A stretch of DNA of 64,000 nt, taken from an archaeon. GTDB taxonomy: Archaea; Nanobdellota; Nanobdellia; Pacearchaeales; GW2011-AR1. Positions 1-8,523 of the stretch are shown here, one piece after another. A program made the translations under genes and the position numbers. The notes beneath the pieces are model-generated. The model searched no databases and was not told the DNA's origin. It was given only the letters and a program-made list of their open reading frames with translations. The stretch spans positions 135,341 through 199,340 of the forward strand of contig JBDRCQ010000015.1 of assembly GCA_043821585.1 (NCBI GenBank), in the 5' to 3' direction. The stretch's first letter is position 1; each line of letters begins with the position of its first letter.

Positions 1-16
1 GGGAAGGGCACTTATT

Positions 17-313
17 ATGCACGAAAAGGCAGGGCATGTTGGCCATGCGAGATGCGTTGACATTGGCCTTAATGCGACTATTAAAGTTATGTGTACAAAT
101 GGAGCCCAGGGCACTTATTTCACAATGGACGAGGGGGGAAGGATTTACGAACAACATTTTACTCAGGGGTCTGATGAACATGATTATGGGAAATGTGAGG
201 GGATTGGAATGGACGAATTTTTGGATAGGGTGGGCGGTCTCTCGTACGGGAATATGGCGAGGATTGGTATTGTGCTAAGGAATGTTAATAGATATCTGGG
301 GATGGAACAATGA
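17..313 (+). CDS. hypothetical protein (98 aa)
   Basis: ORF. Its stop overlaps the next start in ATGA (310-313), which suggests translational coupling to the methyltransferase pair. No recognisable motif. Confidence 0.4.
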   Translation: MHEKAGHVGHARCVDIGLNATIKVMCTNGAQGTYFTMDEGGRIYEQHFTQGSDEHDYGKCEGIGMDEFLDRVGGLSYGNMARIGIVLRNVNRYLGMEQ

Positions 314-1056
314 GCAGCCAATCGGAAACACCACTAACAGAAGAACACCTCGCATTAATGAACGAGGATCAGAGAAGAATTGTTACGACGCAATGGCAGA
401 GGCATCAGCATGAAACTCATGAGGCGGATTATGATGTTAGCGGGGAAGGAGATCTTTTGAAAGGGTTTGTTGTGGGAAAAGGAGTTTGGGATCCATTTTT
501 AGCCTCTGGAAGATATCATGCAAGACAATTGTTTTACAATAATCATTTGTTTAACGGGAAAACTGCGATTGAGATTGGGTCTGGAACTGGGCTTATGAGT
601 GTTGTCATGGCGAAACATGGCGCGAGTAAAGTAATCGCAAGTGATATTTCTTGGCAATCCTTTATTAATACTGATACTAATGTAAAAAAGTTTGGACTCC
701 GGGATAAGGTTGATGTTGTGCAGGGAGATTTGTTTGAGAATATACACAGAAAAGCAGATCTTATCGCTTGGATGATCCCATTTTTCCCCGGAAATACGCC
801 TAAGGGAGATAGAATTTCTGCTAGCATGATTATGCCTCCAGAGTTATTTGAGAGATTCTTGGTTGATGCTAAGGATTATCTGAATCCTAACGGCGTTGTG
901 CTCGTGCCTTCTTACAGTCTTGGCGGAGAATTGATGGATCCTATGAAAGTTGCACCAAGATTTGGTTACGATGTCAAGAGAACGTGGACGCATGATTCAA
1001 CAACAGGGATTCAACAGGGCTTGTTGTATATGGATGAGTTGAGGGTGAGAGAATGA
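310..1056 (+). CDS. class I SAM-dependent methyltransferase, PrmC/HemK-like small-domain family with a degenerate NPPY position
   Basis: SAM motif I IEIGSGTGLMSVVMA and an acidic loop ASDIS. The position where (N/D)PPY is expected reads WMIPFF. Confidence 0.75.
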   Translation: MSSQSETPLTEEHLALMNEDQRRIVTTQWQRHQHETHEADYDVSGEGDLLKGFVVGKGVWDPFLASGRYHARQLFYNNHLFNGKTAIEIGSGTGLMSVVMAKHGASKVIASDISWQSFINTDTNVKKFGLRDKVDVVQGDLFENIHRKADLIAWMIPFFPGNTPKGDRISASMIMPPELFERFLVDAKDYLNPNGVVLVPSYSLGGELMDPMKVAPRFGYDVKRTWTHDSTTGIQQGLLYMDELRVRE

Positions 1057-1793
1057 AGTTCACATTTGATGATAGATTAAGTGAAGAGCAGCTTGTTGAA
1101 ATTGATGTGAAGAGACGAGAGATCTTGCATAAGAGGATGCGGAATGATGTTCCGGAGTGGGGCAAGGTTGTCAATTATCTTGGGAGGAATTTTCTTGTGT
1201 ATCCAACGGTGTTTTGGCCGCATGCTGACAGTCAGCCGCTTGTTAAGAACTATGTTATTAAACCTTATGAAACTGTGTTAGATGTCGGCACCGGAAGCGG
1301 GAACATTGCGATCGAGTCTGCGCTAAGAGGTGCGCATAAAGTTGTTGCCTTGGATGTTAATCCGGAAGCTGTGAAAAGTGTTCGGATGAATGCTCAAATT
1401 CACGGAGTTGAGGATAAAGTTACTGCATGTATAGTTGTTCCTGAACTGGAAGATAGTCTGGAGCGGAACACACATGTTGCGGAAGTTGCTCACAATGGGG
1501 GATTTGATGTTATCACGGGAAATCTGCCTTTTCTGGATATGCATGCGAGGGATCACGTAGAAAGTTCAACGTATGACGAAGGCCTTAGAACTTATAGAGG
1601 GTTATTTGGTTCTACTCCGAGGATTCTTAGGCCCGGTGGAAGAATATATCTTTCACAAGCAAACTTTGGAAATGTTGAGCAGGTTCTTGAGATTGCTGAC
1701 GATGCAGGTTTTGGGGCTGAGTTGATTGGGCGGGCGAGAGATGAGAGATTTGACGAGAGAGTGTATTATGCTTTTGAGTTCCGGAGGAAATAA
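1053..1793 (+). CDS. class I SAM-dependent methyltransferase, PrmC/HemK-like (N5-glutamine / N6-adenine type)
   Basis: VLDVGTGSGNIAIE motif I, ALDVNPEAV, and GNLPF at the NPPY position. A FLVYPTVFWP segment is typical of the PrmC-like N-terminal part. ATGA overlap with the upstream gene. Confidence 0.75.
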   Translation: MKFTFDDRLSEEQLVEIDVKRREILHKRMRNDVPEWGKVVNYLGRNFLVYPTVFWPHADSQPLVKNYVIKPYETVLDVGTGSGNIAIESALRGAHKVVALDVNPEAVKSVRMNAQIHGVEDKVTACIVVPELEDSLERNTHVAEVAHNGGFDVITGNLPFLDMHARDHVESSTYDEGLRTYRGLFGSTPRILRPGGRIYLSQANFGNVEQVLEIADDAGFGAELIGRARDERFDERVYYAFEFRRK

Positions 1794-1835
1794 ACTTTTA
1801 GCAAGTTTTTTAAATTGAGATTGGGGGTGAATTTC

Positions 1836-2171
1836 ATGGAAAGAGCACAAAGAGACATTCCTGCTGAAAATGTTGATGTTTTATTTAGAAACATGCAAGA
1901 GGTTAGAGAAACTTACACGGGGGATGGAAGAGAACTGCATGTGACTTATGCGGTGGATAGAGAAGGACAATTGTATGGGATTCTAGAAAATAGAACAAAT
2001 CTTGCTGGAGTACGGATCGTTTTTGAATGTGTTGATCCAAATGTCAAATTTCCCAGAGCATTGAGGCTTGCTTCTGCTCCGGATTTGATTGGTCACACGC
2101 AATTGTCTCCTAGAGCACGAAGGGTTTTGAAGGGGACGTTGCGGAAGTATAACACATTTAGACAACCGTAG
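1836..2171 (+). CDS. hypothetical protein
   Basis: ORF. The ATG at 1836 lies 25-26 nt downstream of the centre of TATA TTTTTAAATT (1806-1815), so I chose it over the upstream TTG in the ORF track. Confidence 0.45.
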   Translation: MERAQRDIPAENVDVLFRNMQEVRETYTGDGRELHVTYAVDREGQLYGILENRTNLAGVRIVFECVDPNVKFPRALRLASAPDLIGHTQLSPRARRVLKGTLRKYNTFRQP

Positions 2172-2258
2172 AGATAGCTCTTTATTACTTGAAAAGGGTC
2201 GCGAAAGAATATTGTCTAGAATAATAAGGATTATAAACTCTGAGATTCTTTATTTGCT

Positions 2259-2945
2259 ATGTTGAAACGGAGGTCGATAGCTTTTGCTGCTTTTGCGATA
2301 GTTGTTTTGTCGCTTAGTTTTGTTGCTGCGAGGCCTTTTTTGATAGATTCCAGAACAGTTTCCGGTTTGCCACAGTTGAGTCTTCCAGGTTTACTCAAGT
2401 CTTATGACTTTAGGAGTGAGATAGACATTGACGCCTACCAGTGCAGGCTTGGGCCTTTTCCGGATGATTTTCCCGATGAAGTAAGTTCGGAGGGCTGTAA
2501 CAGGCAGTTTTTAGATATAACTCACGATGATAGGCTGGATTGGGCAGATGAAGATGCTGTTGGGGGAGATAGTTGGACGAATTATGCGATGCATCATTTC
2601 TTTGTTTTGAAGGATGTTAATAAAACTCTCCTGAAAGGTTTTACTGCAGGTTATACCACTTACAATGGTTATCATGATCTGGAGGAACACCATTTCTTTT
2701 ACGTACGAGACTTCCAGAACCGGGCGTGGGTTTTGATAGGCGACGTTGTTGTTGATAGACATGAGCAAGGGTATATGAAAGCTGGAGAAACTGATAAAGA
2801 TGTTATTGAGACTTATGTTAGCCCTGATGGGGAAATGTGGTTCATGGGGACTGAGGGTTACGGGGCAGGAAAGGCGATTGGATCCGATAGTTTTTCTGCT
2901 GTCTTGAGATATCCAGAGAGTATTGCAATTTTAAAGGGAAAATAA
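2259..2945 (+). CDS. secreted or membrane-anchored hypothetical protein
   Basis: N-terminal MLKRRSIAFAAFAIVVLSLSFVAA signal/anchor. No known domain recognised. Confidence 0.55.
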   Translation: MLKRRSIAFAAFAIVVLSLSFVAARPFLIDSRTVSGLPQLSLPGLLKSYDFRSEIDIDAYQCRLGPFPDDFPDEVSSEGCNRQFLDITHDDRLDWADEDAVGGDSWTNYAMHHFFVLKDVNKTLLKGFTAGYTTYNGYHDLEEHHFFYVRDFQNRAWVLIGDVVVDRHEQGYMKAGETDKDVIETYVSPDGEMWFMGTEGYGAGKAIGSDSFSAVLRYPESIAILKGK

Positions 2946-3008
2946 CTTCGTTGAAATCGTAGTAAGCCTTTTGGAAATATTTAAATAATTGTTTGTTCAC
3001 TGGTGTTA

Positions 3009-3353
3009 ATGAGGTTTGATGATTATGATTGGGTGGGAGTTGGTTTGGTTTCTCAAGGTGTTTCGTGGACTCATGCAAAACCTTTTTGTGCTCTTCTGGA
3101 AGACTCCAAATGGGGTTTTGGCGGAAATAATTTTCTTTATACTGGGCCGGTTGCTCAAGCTAAACTTCTCTTGGAATTTCTTGAAAGAGAAAGGCTGGTT
3201 GTGAGAAGTCCGAGGCCATGGGCTCTTGGGGATGCTGATGAGAGAGAAGGCAGGCGATGGAGGCCCCATCCAAGGCTTGGGTTCGATTTTTATGAGGCTG
3301 CTAGAGGGCTGAAGCGTTATGAGCAAGGAGTTCCGGAATGTGTTGCTGGTTAA
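3009..3353 (+). CDS. hypothetical protein
   Basis: ORF. The ATG at 3009 is 25-26 nt from the centre of TATA TTTAAATA (2980-2987). Confidence 0.4.
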   Translation: MRFDDYDWVGVGLVSQGVSWTHAKPFCALLEDSKWGFGGNNFLYTGPVAQAKLLLEFLERERLVVRSPRPWALGDADEREGRRWRPHPRLGFDFYEAARGLKRYEQGVPECVAG

Positions 3354-4516
3354 TTCAGCATGTTGATGTAAGCAATTTCTTCGTCAGACATTTTAAGCTT
3401 TTGTTGAACTGATTCTTGTCTTAACATTGGGACTAGAATTGGAAAGTCCCTTAAAGCGCGTTTTGAGGAGCAGTGGACCATTCTTGCGTATTTCTTTGCG
3501 ATCGTTTTCTTCTTTGCTATTTTTTGATTGTTTAACCAGATTTTTAGGATGCGCTTTGGTCTTTCGTATTTTGTGAAACCGTCGAGTGCTGCGTCCTTTG
3601 CGTAAGAGATTCCGGCGGACTGGAAGATGTTTTGGTAGACAAGGAATCTCCAAGATTGGTTTTTGTAAATTCTTCCGCGGAAGACATCTGCCTGGCCGAG
3701 GGCGTAATATGCTTTTGCGAGGGCCTCATTTTTGTATTCTCGAGGAATGTTTTCTTCTATCCATAACAAGACTTGGTCGAGAGATTCGTCTGTTGTGTCC
3801 AACAGATCGAGGAAGGGTTGGCGTTCCTTGAATAGTCTTCTTAGGACGTTAAAGATGCTCTGGGAGACGTTTCTTTTGTCCGTGAGGTCTATTTCTTCGT
3901 CGTCTAATCTGCCGTATGACTCAAGGTCGTTGATTGCGGCCCTAAGGTCACCTTGTGATTTTATTGCGATTTGTTTTAGGAATTGGGGGGGCTTGTTGAA
4001 ACCTTCTGCTTCTGATATTTTTAAGAGAAGGGAGATAGTTGTGCCTAGATCAAGGGCTTTCATTTCGACTAGTTTTGATTTTTGTCTGGCGGGAGAAAGC
4101 TTTGACTGCCAGACGTCGTTGCAAGTCATGATTATTGGGAAGGCTGTTCCGTTGATTAATTTCACGAGCTCGGGGATGCCCCCTATGTCTGTGCCGGTGA
4201 CTCCGTCAACTTCGTCCATCAAAAGGATTTTTCCCTTTTTGAATAAAGACATTTGTTGTGTTGCTGGGCGGAGAGTTTCCTCAAGTTTCGTGCGATTTCT
4301 TAGGTCTGAAGAGTTTAATTCCAGAACTTCTAAGTCGTTTTCTTTGGCTGCAGCTAAAGCCAGGGATGTTTTTCCTGTGCCTGCCGGGCCGTATAGGATT
4401 AGTGCTTTTTTCTTTCTAGGGAACTCTTTTAGGAATTTGGTAATCTCTGCTATGGCTTCGTCTTGGTGTAGAATCTCAGAGTACCTCTTTGCCCGATATT
4501 TCTCTGCTAGAGACAT
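3350..4516 (-). CDS. rfcL: replication factor C large subunit
   Basis: KYRAKRYSEILHQDEAI, Walker A LILYGPAGTGKTSLA, Walker B LLMDEVDG, and a size and C-terminal region typical of archaeal RfcL. Confidence 0.9.
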   Translation of the reverse strand: MSLAEKYRAKRYSEILHQDEAIAEITKFLKEFPRKKKALILYGPAGTGKTSLALAAAKENDLEVLELNSSDLRNRTKLEETLRPATQQMSLFKKGKILLMDEVDGVTGTDIGGIPELVKLINGTAFPIIMTCNDVWQSKLSPARQKSKLVEMKALDLGTTISLLLKISEAEGFNKPPQFLKQIAIKSQGDLRAAINDLESYGRLDDEEIDLTDKRNVSQSIFNVLRRLFKERQPFLDLLDTTDESLDQVLLWIEENIPREYKNEALAKAYYALGQADVFRGRIYKNQSWRFLVYQNIFQSAGISYAKDAALDGFTKYERPKRILKIWLNNQKIAKKKTIAKKYARMVHCSSKRALRDFPILVPMLRQESVQQKLKMSDEEIAYINMLN

Positions 4517-4602
4517 TTTATTTTAGAGAAAAGGAGGTATTTAAGAATTTATGCTGGAGAGACGTTAGGAAGTGTTTTATATTTGAATTTCCTTGTGTGC
4601 TG

Positions 4603-4773
4603 ATGGTGTTAATGATTGATGTGATCTTTGTAGGAATTATGGTTTTCTTAGCGTTTATTGGACTTATTATCATGCTGAGAATTTGGTGGAAAGAGAGAAA
4701 GTATTTTATTGAAAAGCAAGATTTATTGAAGGAAGACGCTAAGAAAGTTGAGCATTCTAGTCTTCTAGGATAA
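4603..4773 (+). CDS. small membrane protein (56 aa)
   Basis: One TM segment, IDVIFVGIMVFLAFIGLIIML. The ATG at 4603 is about 25 nt from TATA TTTTATATTT. The track ORF start at 4489 is antisense to rfcL and was rejected. Confidence 0.4.
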   Translation: MVLMIDVIFVGIMVFLAFIGLIIMLRIWWKERKYFIEKQDLLKEDAKKVEHSSLLG

Positions 4774-5032
4774 GGGGTTCGATGCCGACTAGCACATTTC
4801 TTTGGTCAACTACTTTGGCTTTTCTTTTTTTTAGTTCCTTGCGATCAGAAACTCCGAAACCCCGGCATATCTCTTCTCTGCGTTCCAAAGGGTATTCTAT
4901 AGTTCGTGTCTTGCCGCCTTCTAATCTCACGGCTATTGAAAGAGATCTGTTTAGTTGGGTGCCTGTTATGACAGCGTCTGAAACAGTTACTGTGTCTTCA
5001 GGATGGTAGTGCTCGTTGTAAAACATAGCCAT
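4757..5032 (-). CDS. hypothetical protein between rfcS and rfcL
   Basis: ORF on the same strand as both RFC genes. No motif recognised. Confidence 0.45.
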   Translation of the reverse strand: MAMFYNEHYHPEDTVTVSDAVITGTQLNRSLSIAVRLEGGKTRTIEYPLERREEICRGFGVSDRKELKKRKAKVVDQRNVLVGIEPLILED

Positions 5033-5066
5033 TGGGGAAATGCGAAGCCTGGGTTTTTAATAATTT

Positions 5067-6032
5067 CTATACTTCTCCGCGGCCTGCAAGAACAAAACTT
5101 GCTAAAAGGGCTTGAAGCTGGACGAATTCGTCTGAACCCTCGATCATTCTAAACTCCGCTTCTCCTGTTTTTTCTGTTAGCTTTACTTTTAAAGAAGGTT
5201 CGATTTGGAGATTCCAAATTTCTTTTTGGATTGCCTTGATTATGTCTGTTCCGGAGACTGAATCTTTTAGCATTGTGTCTAGGAGCTTGTCTCGTGCGCC
5301 TATGAAGTCCCCCGCGATCGCGTAATCTAAAACTACCTTGACGTCTGCTGGTTTTGCTGCGGAGGAAACCATTGAAATCATGTCTGGCGTGACGTCTGGA
5401 GAGATTGACGCTGTTGCCTGGAGGAGGTTTATCGCCCTTCTGCAGTCTCCCTCTGAGGCTTCGTAGAGAGTATCAAATGCTTCATCTTTTATGTTGAGAT
5501 TCTCGCCCTGGGCTATGAATTCTATTCTTTTTCTTATGTCTTTCTTTTCGAGGAGTTTGAATCTAAAAACTACGCAACGCGATTGGATTGGATCGATTAT
5601 TCTTGAGGAATAATTACAAGACATTATGAAACGGCAGGTATTTGTGTAGTTTTCCATTGTTCTTCTAAGAGCTTGTTGGGCTTCTTTTGTTAGAGCATCT
5701 GCCTCATCAAGGAAGATTACTTTGAAGGGGATGTTTTCGATTGCTTTTGTTCGCGCGAAATCCTTTACTTTTTGCCTTACAACATCGATTCCTCTTTCGT
5801 CAGAAGCGTTTAGTTCTAGGTAATTTTCCTTCCATTTACTTCCGAACAGTTCTTTTACAATTATTAGAGCTAGTGTAGATTTGCCAATTCCGGCTGGGCC
5901 AGCGAAAAGTAGGTGAGGGATGTTTAGTGCCTGTACGAGAGATCTGACTCTTTTGATTATCTCCTGCTGGCCGACCATGTCCTCGAATTTGTCCGGCCTA
6001 TACTTTTCTGTCCAGATATTTGCAGAGCTCAT
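5067..6032 (-). CDS. rfcS: replication factor C small subunit
   Basis: WTEKYRP, FAGPAGIGKST Walker A, IFLDEADALT Walker B, SRC motif (IQSRCVVFRF). 321 aa with no intein. Confidence 0.95.
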   Translation of the reverse strand: MSSANIWTEKYRPDKFEDMVGQQEIIKRVRSLVQALNIPHLLFAGPAGIGKSTLALIIVKELFGSKWKENYLELNASDERGIDVVRQKVKDFARTKAIENIPFKVIFLDEADALTKEAQQALRRTMENYTNTCRFIMSCNYSSRIIDPIQSRCVVFRFKLLEKKDIRKRIEFIAQGENLNIKDEAFDTLYEASEGDCRRAINLLQATASISPDVTPDMISMVSSAAKPADVKVVLDYAIAGDFIGARDKLLDTMLKDSVSGTDIIKAIQKEIWNLQIEPSLKVKLTEKTGEAEFRMIEGSDEFVQLQALLASFVLAGRGEV

Positions 6033-6088
6033 TTTTAATAATCATCTTGAGAAATTCAGGGTTATAAATATTATTGTGGTTGGATTAA

Positions 6089-6205
6089 TTACTTGCTTCT
6101 TTCTCTGTGAAGTCTACGCTTTCTCTTTTCTTTCTTGAGTCTTTTTCGCTGCCATTTCCATCTCATTTGGCCGACTTTTTTCCAGCGTCTTGAAGATCGT
6201 TTCAT
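6089..6205 (-). CDS. rpl41e: ribosomal protein eL41, possibly with a 13-aa N-terminal extension
   Basis: Not in the ORF track. The minus-strand ORF encodes MKRSSRRWKKVGQ-MRWKWQRKRLKKEKRKRRLHRERSK. The last 25 aa align without gaps to eukaryotic eL41 ([25 protein letters not shown]), with the same length and the same RSK end. The core-only start would be 6166. Confidence 0.75.
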   Translation of the reverse strand: MKRSSRRWKKVGQMRWKWQRKRLKKEKRKRRLHRERSK

Positions 6206-6226
6206 GATTTGCTTAGAAAGAGTTGG

Positions 6227-6235
6227 TTTATAAAA
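6227..6235 (-). promoter_or_regulatory. TATA box for rpl41e
   Basis: TTTTATAAA on the minus strand, centred 26 nt upstream of the ATG at 6205. Confidence 0.5.
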
Positions 6236-6242
6236 GTTTAGT

Positions 6243-7334
6243 TTATTTCTCCAGAGTTATTCTTGGTCCCTTTTGTTTATTACGTCTTCGCCAAGTAATT
6301 GCTACGAAGACGAGTGCGCATAAACAGAGACCCGTACTAGTTGTGGAATATTCTGAATGATGTTGATAATCAATAGGACTTTTACTAGGAGAATCCTGAG
6401 TTGTGAGGACTTGGTGAGTTGGGGATGTAGCTAATTTGTAGGAATTGGGAATTGGTTGAAAGTCTAAATTTTTTATCGGTTGAGAAGTTGAATAAACTGG
6501 TTGGGATTCTGAAAGATCAGACTTCTGAGGATTTTTAACTTGTAGAATAGGAATTTGTTGATGGTGCTTTATTAGGGAATCCAATGAAGACTTGCCAGCT
6601 GGTTGTGATGCTGGCGGTTGAGTTTTTGCAGATTCTGTTTCTTTTAAAATACATCGTGGAACTTCAAAAGTGATTACGTCCGGGTTGCCGTTTTCATCTC
6701 TGACTAGATACTTTTCTAATTCCCCTGACTTGATTCTTTCAACAACTGTGTCGCAGTAAACACTAAGTGGTCCGGGGCGAGAGGTTGGGGGATTAGACCT
6801 GCTAGCTTGGTAATCCCAAATAAATTCTCGCCACATATCAATAACAGGAAGATCAATAACGGGATTATCTTTAGACATTGAATCGCTATGTTCGAAAACA
6901 AACAGCTCACCGCCCACTTGACCCACATAAACGTGGATGTCTTTTACTATTGTTGGTGTTTGAACCAGTAGTTCTTTTTCATGTCTCGGGATCAATGGAG
7001 AAAACGGAGAATTTCTTACCAAGGAATCTAAAAATCTGGTTGGGTTTAAATCAAAGAGTTCTTCCAAGGGATGCGGTTTATTGGCTAAAAAATCAATCAA
7101 AGGTTTCTTAAGATGCTGGAATCCTGGTGGTATTTGCCTAAGCTGTTCAAAAAAGGAATGAAAAGATGAGTTTGGTGTTCCATCTTTGGCGAATAACCTT
7201 TGAGACATAATTGCTTGAACGTCTGGAGTTGTTTCGTCAAGGAGATGATAATGGGTTAAGGTTACATTCGTTGAACCGACCGGGTCGGTTTCTCCGAAGA
7301 TTAAAGGATTTGAACTTGGAGGGGTTTGCTGCAT
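6243..7334 (-). CDS. tail-anchored Pro/Ser/Thr/Gln-rich protein, paralog of 7895-8431
   Basis: No N-terminal signal (MQQTPPSSNP). Single C-terminal TM GLCLCALVFVAITW followed by RRRNKQK. Shares the RFLDSLV and PTSRP motifs with the 178-aa neighbour. Confidence 0.6.
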   Translation of the reverse strand: MQQTPPSSNPLIFGETDPVGSTNVTLTHYHLLDETTPDVQAIMSQRLFAKDGTPNSSFHSFFEQLRQIPPGFQHLKKPLIDFLANKPHPLEELFDLNPTRFLDSLVRNSPFSPLIPRHEKELLVQTPTIVKDIHVYVGQVGGELFVFEHSDSMSKDNPVIDLPVIDMWREFIWDYQASRSNPPTSRPGPLSVYCDTVVERIKSGELEKYLVRDENGNPDVITFEVPRCILKETESAKTQPPASQPAGKSSLDSLIKHHQQIPILQVKNPQKSDLSESQPVYSTSQPIKNLDFQPIPNSYKLATSPTHQVLTTQDSPSKSPIDYQHHSEYSTTSTGLCLCALVFVAITWRRRNKQKGPRITLEK

Positions 7335-7424
7335 TTAAATTAAAAAGATCCTAGCTTATTAAGTTTTATTGTATAAATTGATAACTTTAAATATATCTTT
7401 GGCGTAGTTCGGTAAAAGGGGAAA

Positions 7425-7886
7425 ATGAAATACCTTACTAAATTAGCTATTTTGGTGGCTGTGGCCGTAGTTTTTATTGGGTTGGCTATCCACGCGACGT
7501 TTATTCATCCGCCGCGGTGCCAGAATTTTGCGTGCTACGAAGAATATATGAGACAGTGTAGGTCTGCGCAATATTTGAATGATGGAGAGGAAGCTACATG
7601 GAGGTATGAAATTAAGGGCATGGAGGATGGAGCTTGTGTTGTTAAGGTTACTCTTTTGCAACCGAAGGCAGGGGAATTGGGGATAGACAAGCTTTCAGGT
7701 TATGAAATGGAGTGTGGTTTTCCCAAAGGCGTTGTGACTTATCCGGAGAAGGATCTCGGGAGCTGCCATGGTAGGCTGAAAGAAGAGATGCAGGAGATAA
7801 TCATAAAGAAACTTCATACGTACATTATTGACAATATTGGGGAGATCGACGAGACTCTGCAGTTGTTGGTTGAGGAGAATACCTAG
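7425..7886 (+). CDS. membrane-anchored or secreted Cys-containing hypothetical protein
   Basis: N-terminal TM LAILVAVAVVFIGLAI and 6 Cys in the mature part. Confidence 0.55.
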   Translation: MKYLTKLAILVAVAVVFIGLAIHATFIHPPRCQNFACYEEYMRQCRSAQYLNDGEEATWRYEIKGMEDGACVVKVTLLQPKAGELGIDKLSGYEMECGFPKGVVTYPEKDLGSCHGRLKEEMQEIIIKKLHTYIIDNIGEIDETLQLLVEENT

Positions 7887-7894
7887 GCTTTTAT

Positions 7895-8431
7895 TTATCT
7901 TCTAGAGCGCCTGTTTCTGAAAACTGCGGTTGTAGCGATTAATGCTACGAGGCCTATGCCAGCCAAGCTTGCTGGGAAATAATTTGATTGGTGTTGTGTG
8001 GAATATGGTCCAGGGTTGGTTGTGGGCTGGGTTGTGACTGCTTGAGCTGTTTGTTCTAGACTTTGAGCAAATGCATAATTTGGTTCTATGGGGGGAAGTT
8101 CTACTGGTTCGTCCTCCTGGGGCCTGGAGGTTGGTTGGCTTTCTACAGGTCTTGATGTTGGGGCAGTGGTCGATTGGGATGTTGCGTATTCGACTAGGGT
8201 ATCGAGAAACCTTGGAGAAAGAAGGCTTTGCGCTGGTTCTTGCGGAGCTTCTGCGAAAGAGTAGGTTCCAGGATCATTGTTAAAAACGACCGTAAGGATT
8301 TCTGAACCAGGCACTCCTTGAAGGATTTCGCCCCACATACCTTCATCTCCGAAAAACGGGAAGAATGTGTTTGTCATGGTCATATAAGGATTTTCTGAAA
8401 CTGCGGGTTGGGACGTAGAATTGTCTTGCAT
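7895..8431 (-). CDS. tail-anchored Pro/Ser/Thr/Gln-rich protein, paralog of 6243-7334
   Basis: Starts MQDNSTSQP with no signal peptide. C-terminal LAGIGLVALIATTAVF plus RNRRSRR. RFLDTLV and two PTSRP motifs. Confidence 0.6.
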   Translation of the reverse strand: MQDNSTSQPAVSENPYMTMTNTFFPFFGDEGMWGEILQGVPGSEILTVVFNNDPGTYSFAEAPQEPAQSLLSPRFLDTLVEYATSQSTTAPTSRPVESQPTSRPQEDEPVELPPIEPNYAFAQSLEQTAQAVTTQPTTNPGPYSTQHQSNYFPASLAGIGLVALIATTAVFRNRRSRR

Positions 8432-8523
8432 TTTGCTATTTGATTAACTCTTGTTAAATATATTTCTGTGTTGGGTTGTTATGATGGGGAAGAATTTATT
8501 AAATTAAGATACGGGAGTATACC

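Noticed and set aside
3732-4526. The 264-aa plus-strand ORF, with other ORFs antisense to rfcL.
   Set aside because: It is fully antisense to a gene with unambiguous RFC large-subunit motifs. Its composition is Ser/Leu/Phe-rich noise.
5920-6138. The 72-aa plus-strand ORF that spans the rfcS start and the eL41 locus.
   Set aside because: It overlaps two better-supported minus-strand genes and has no start signals.
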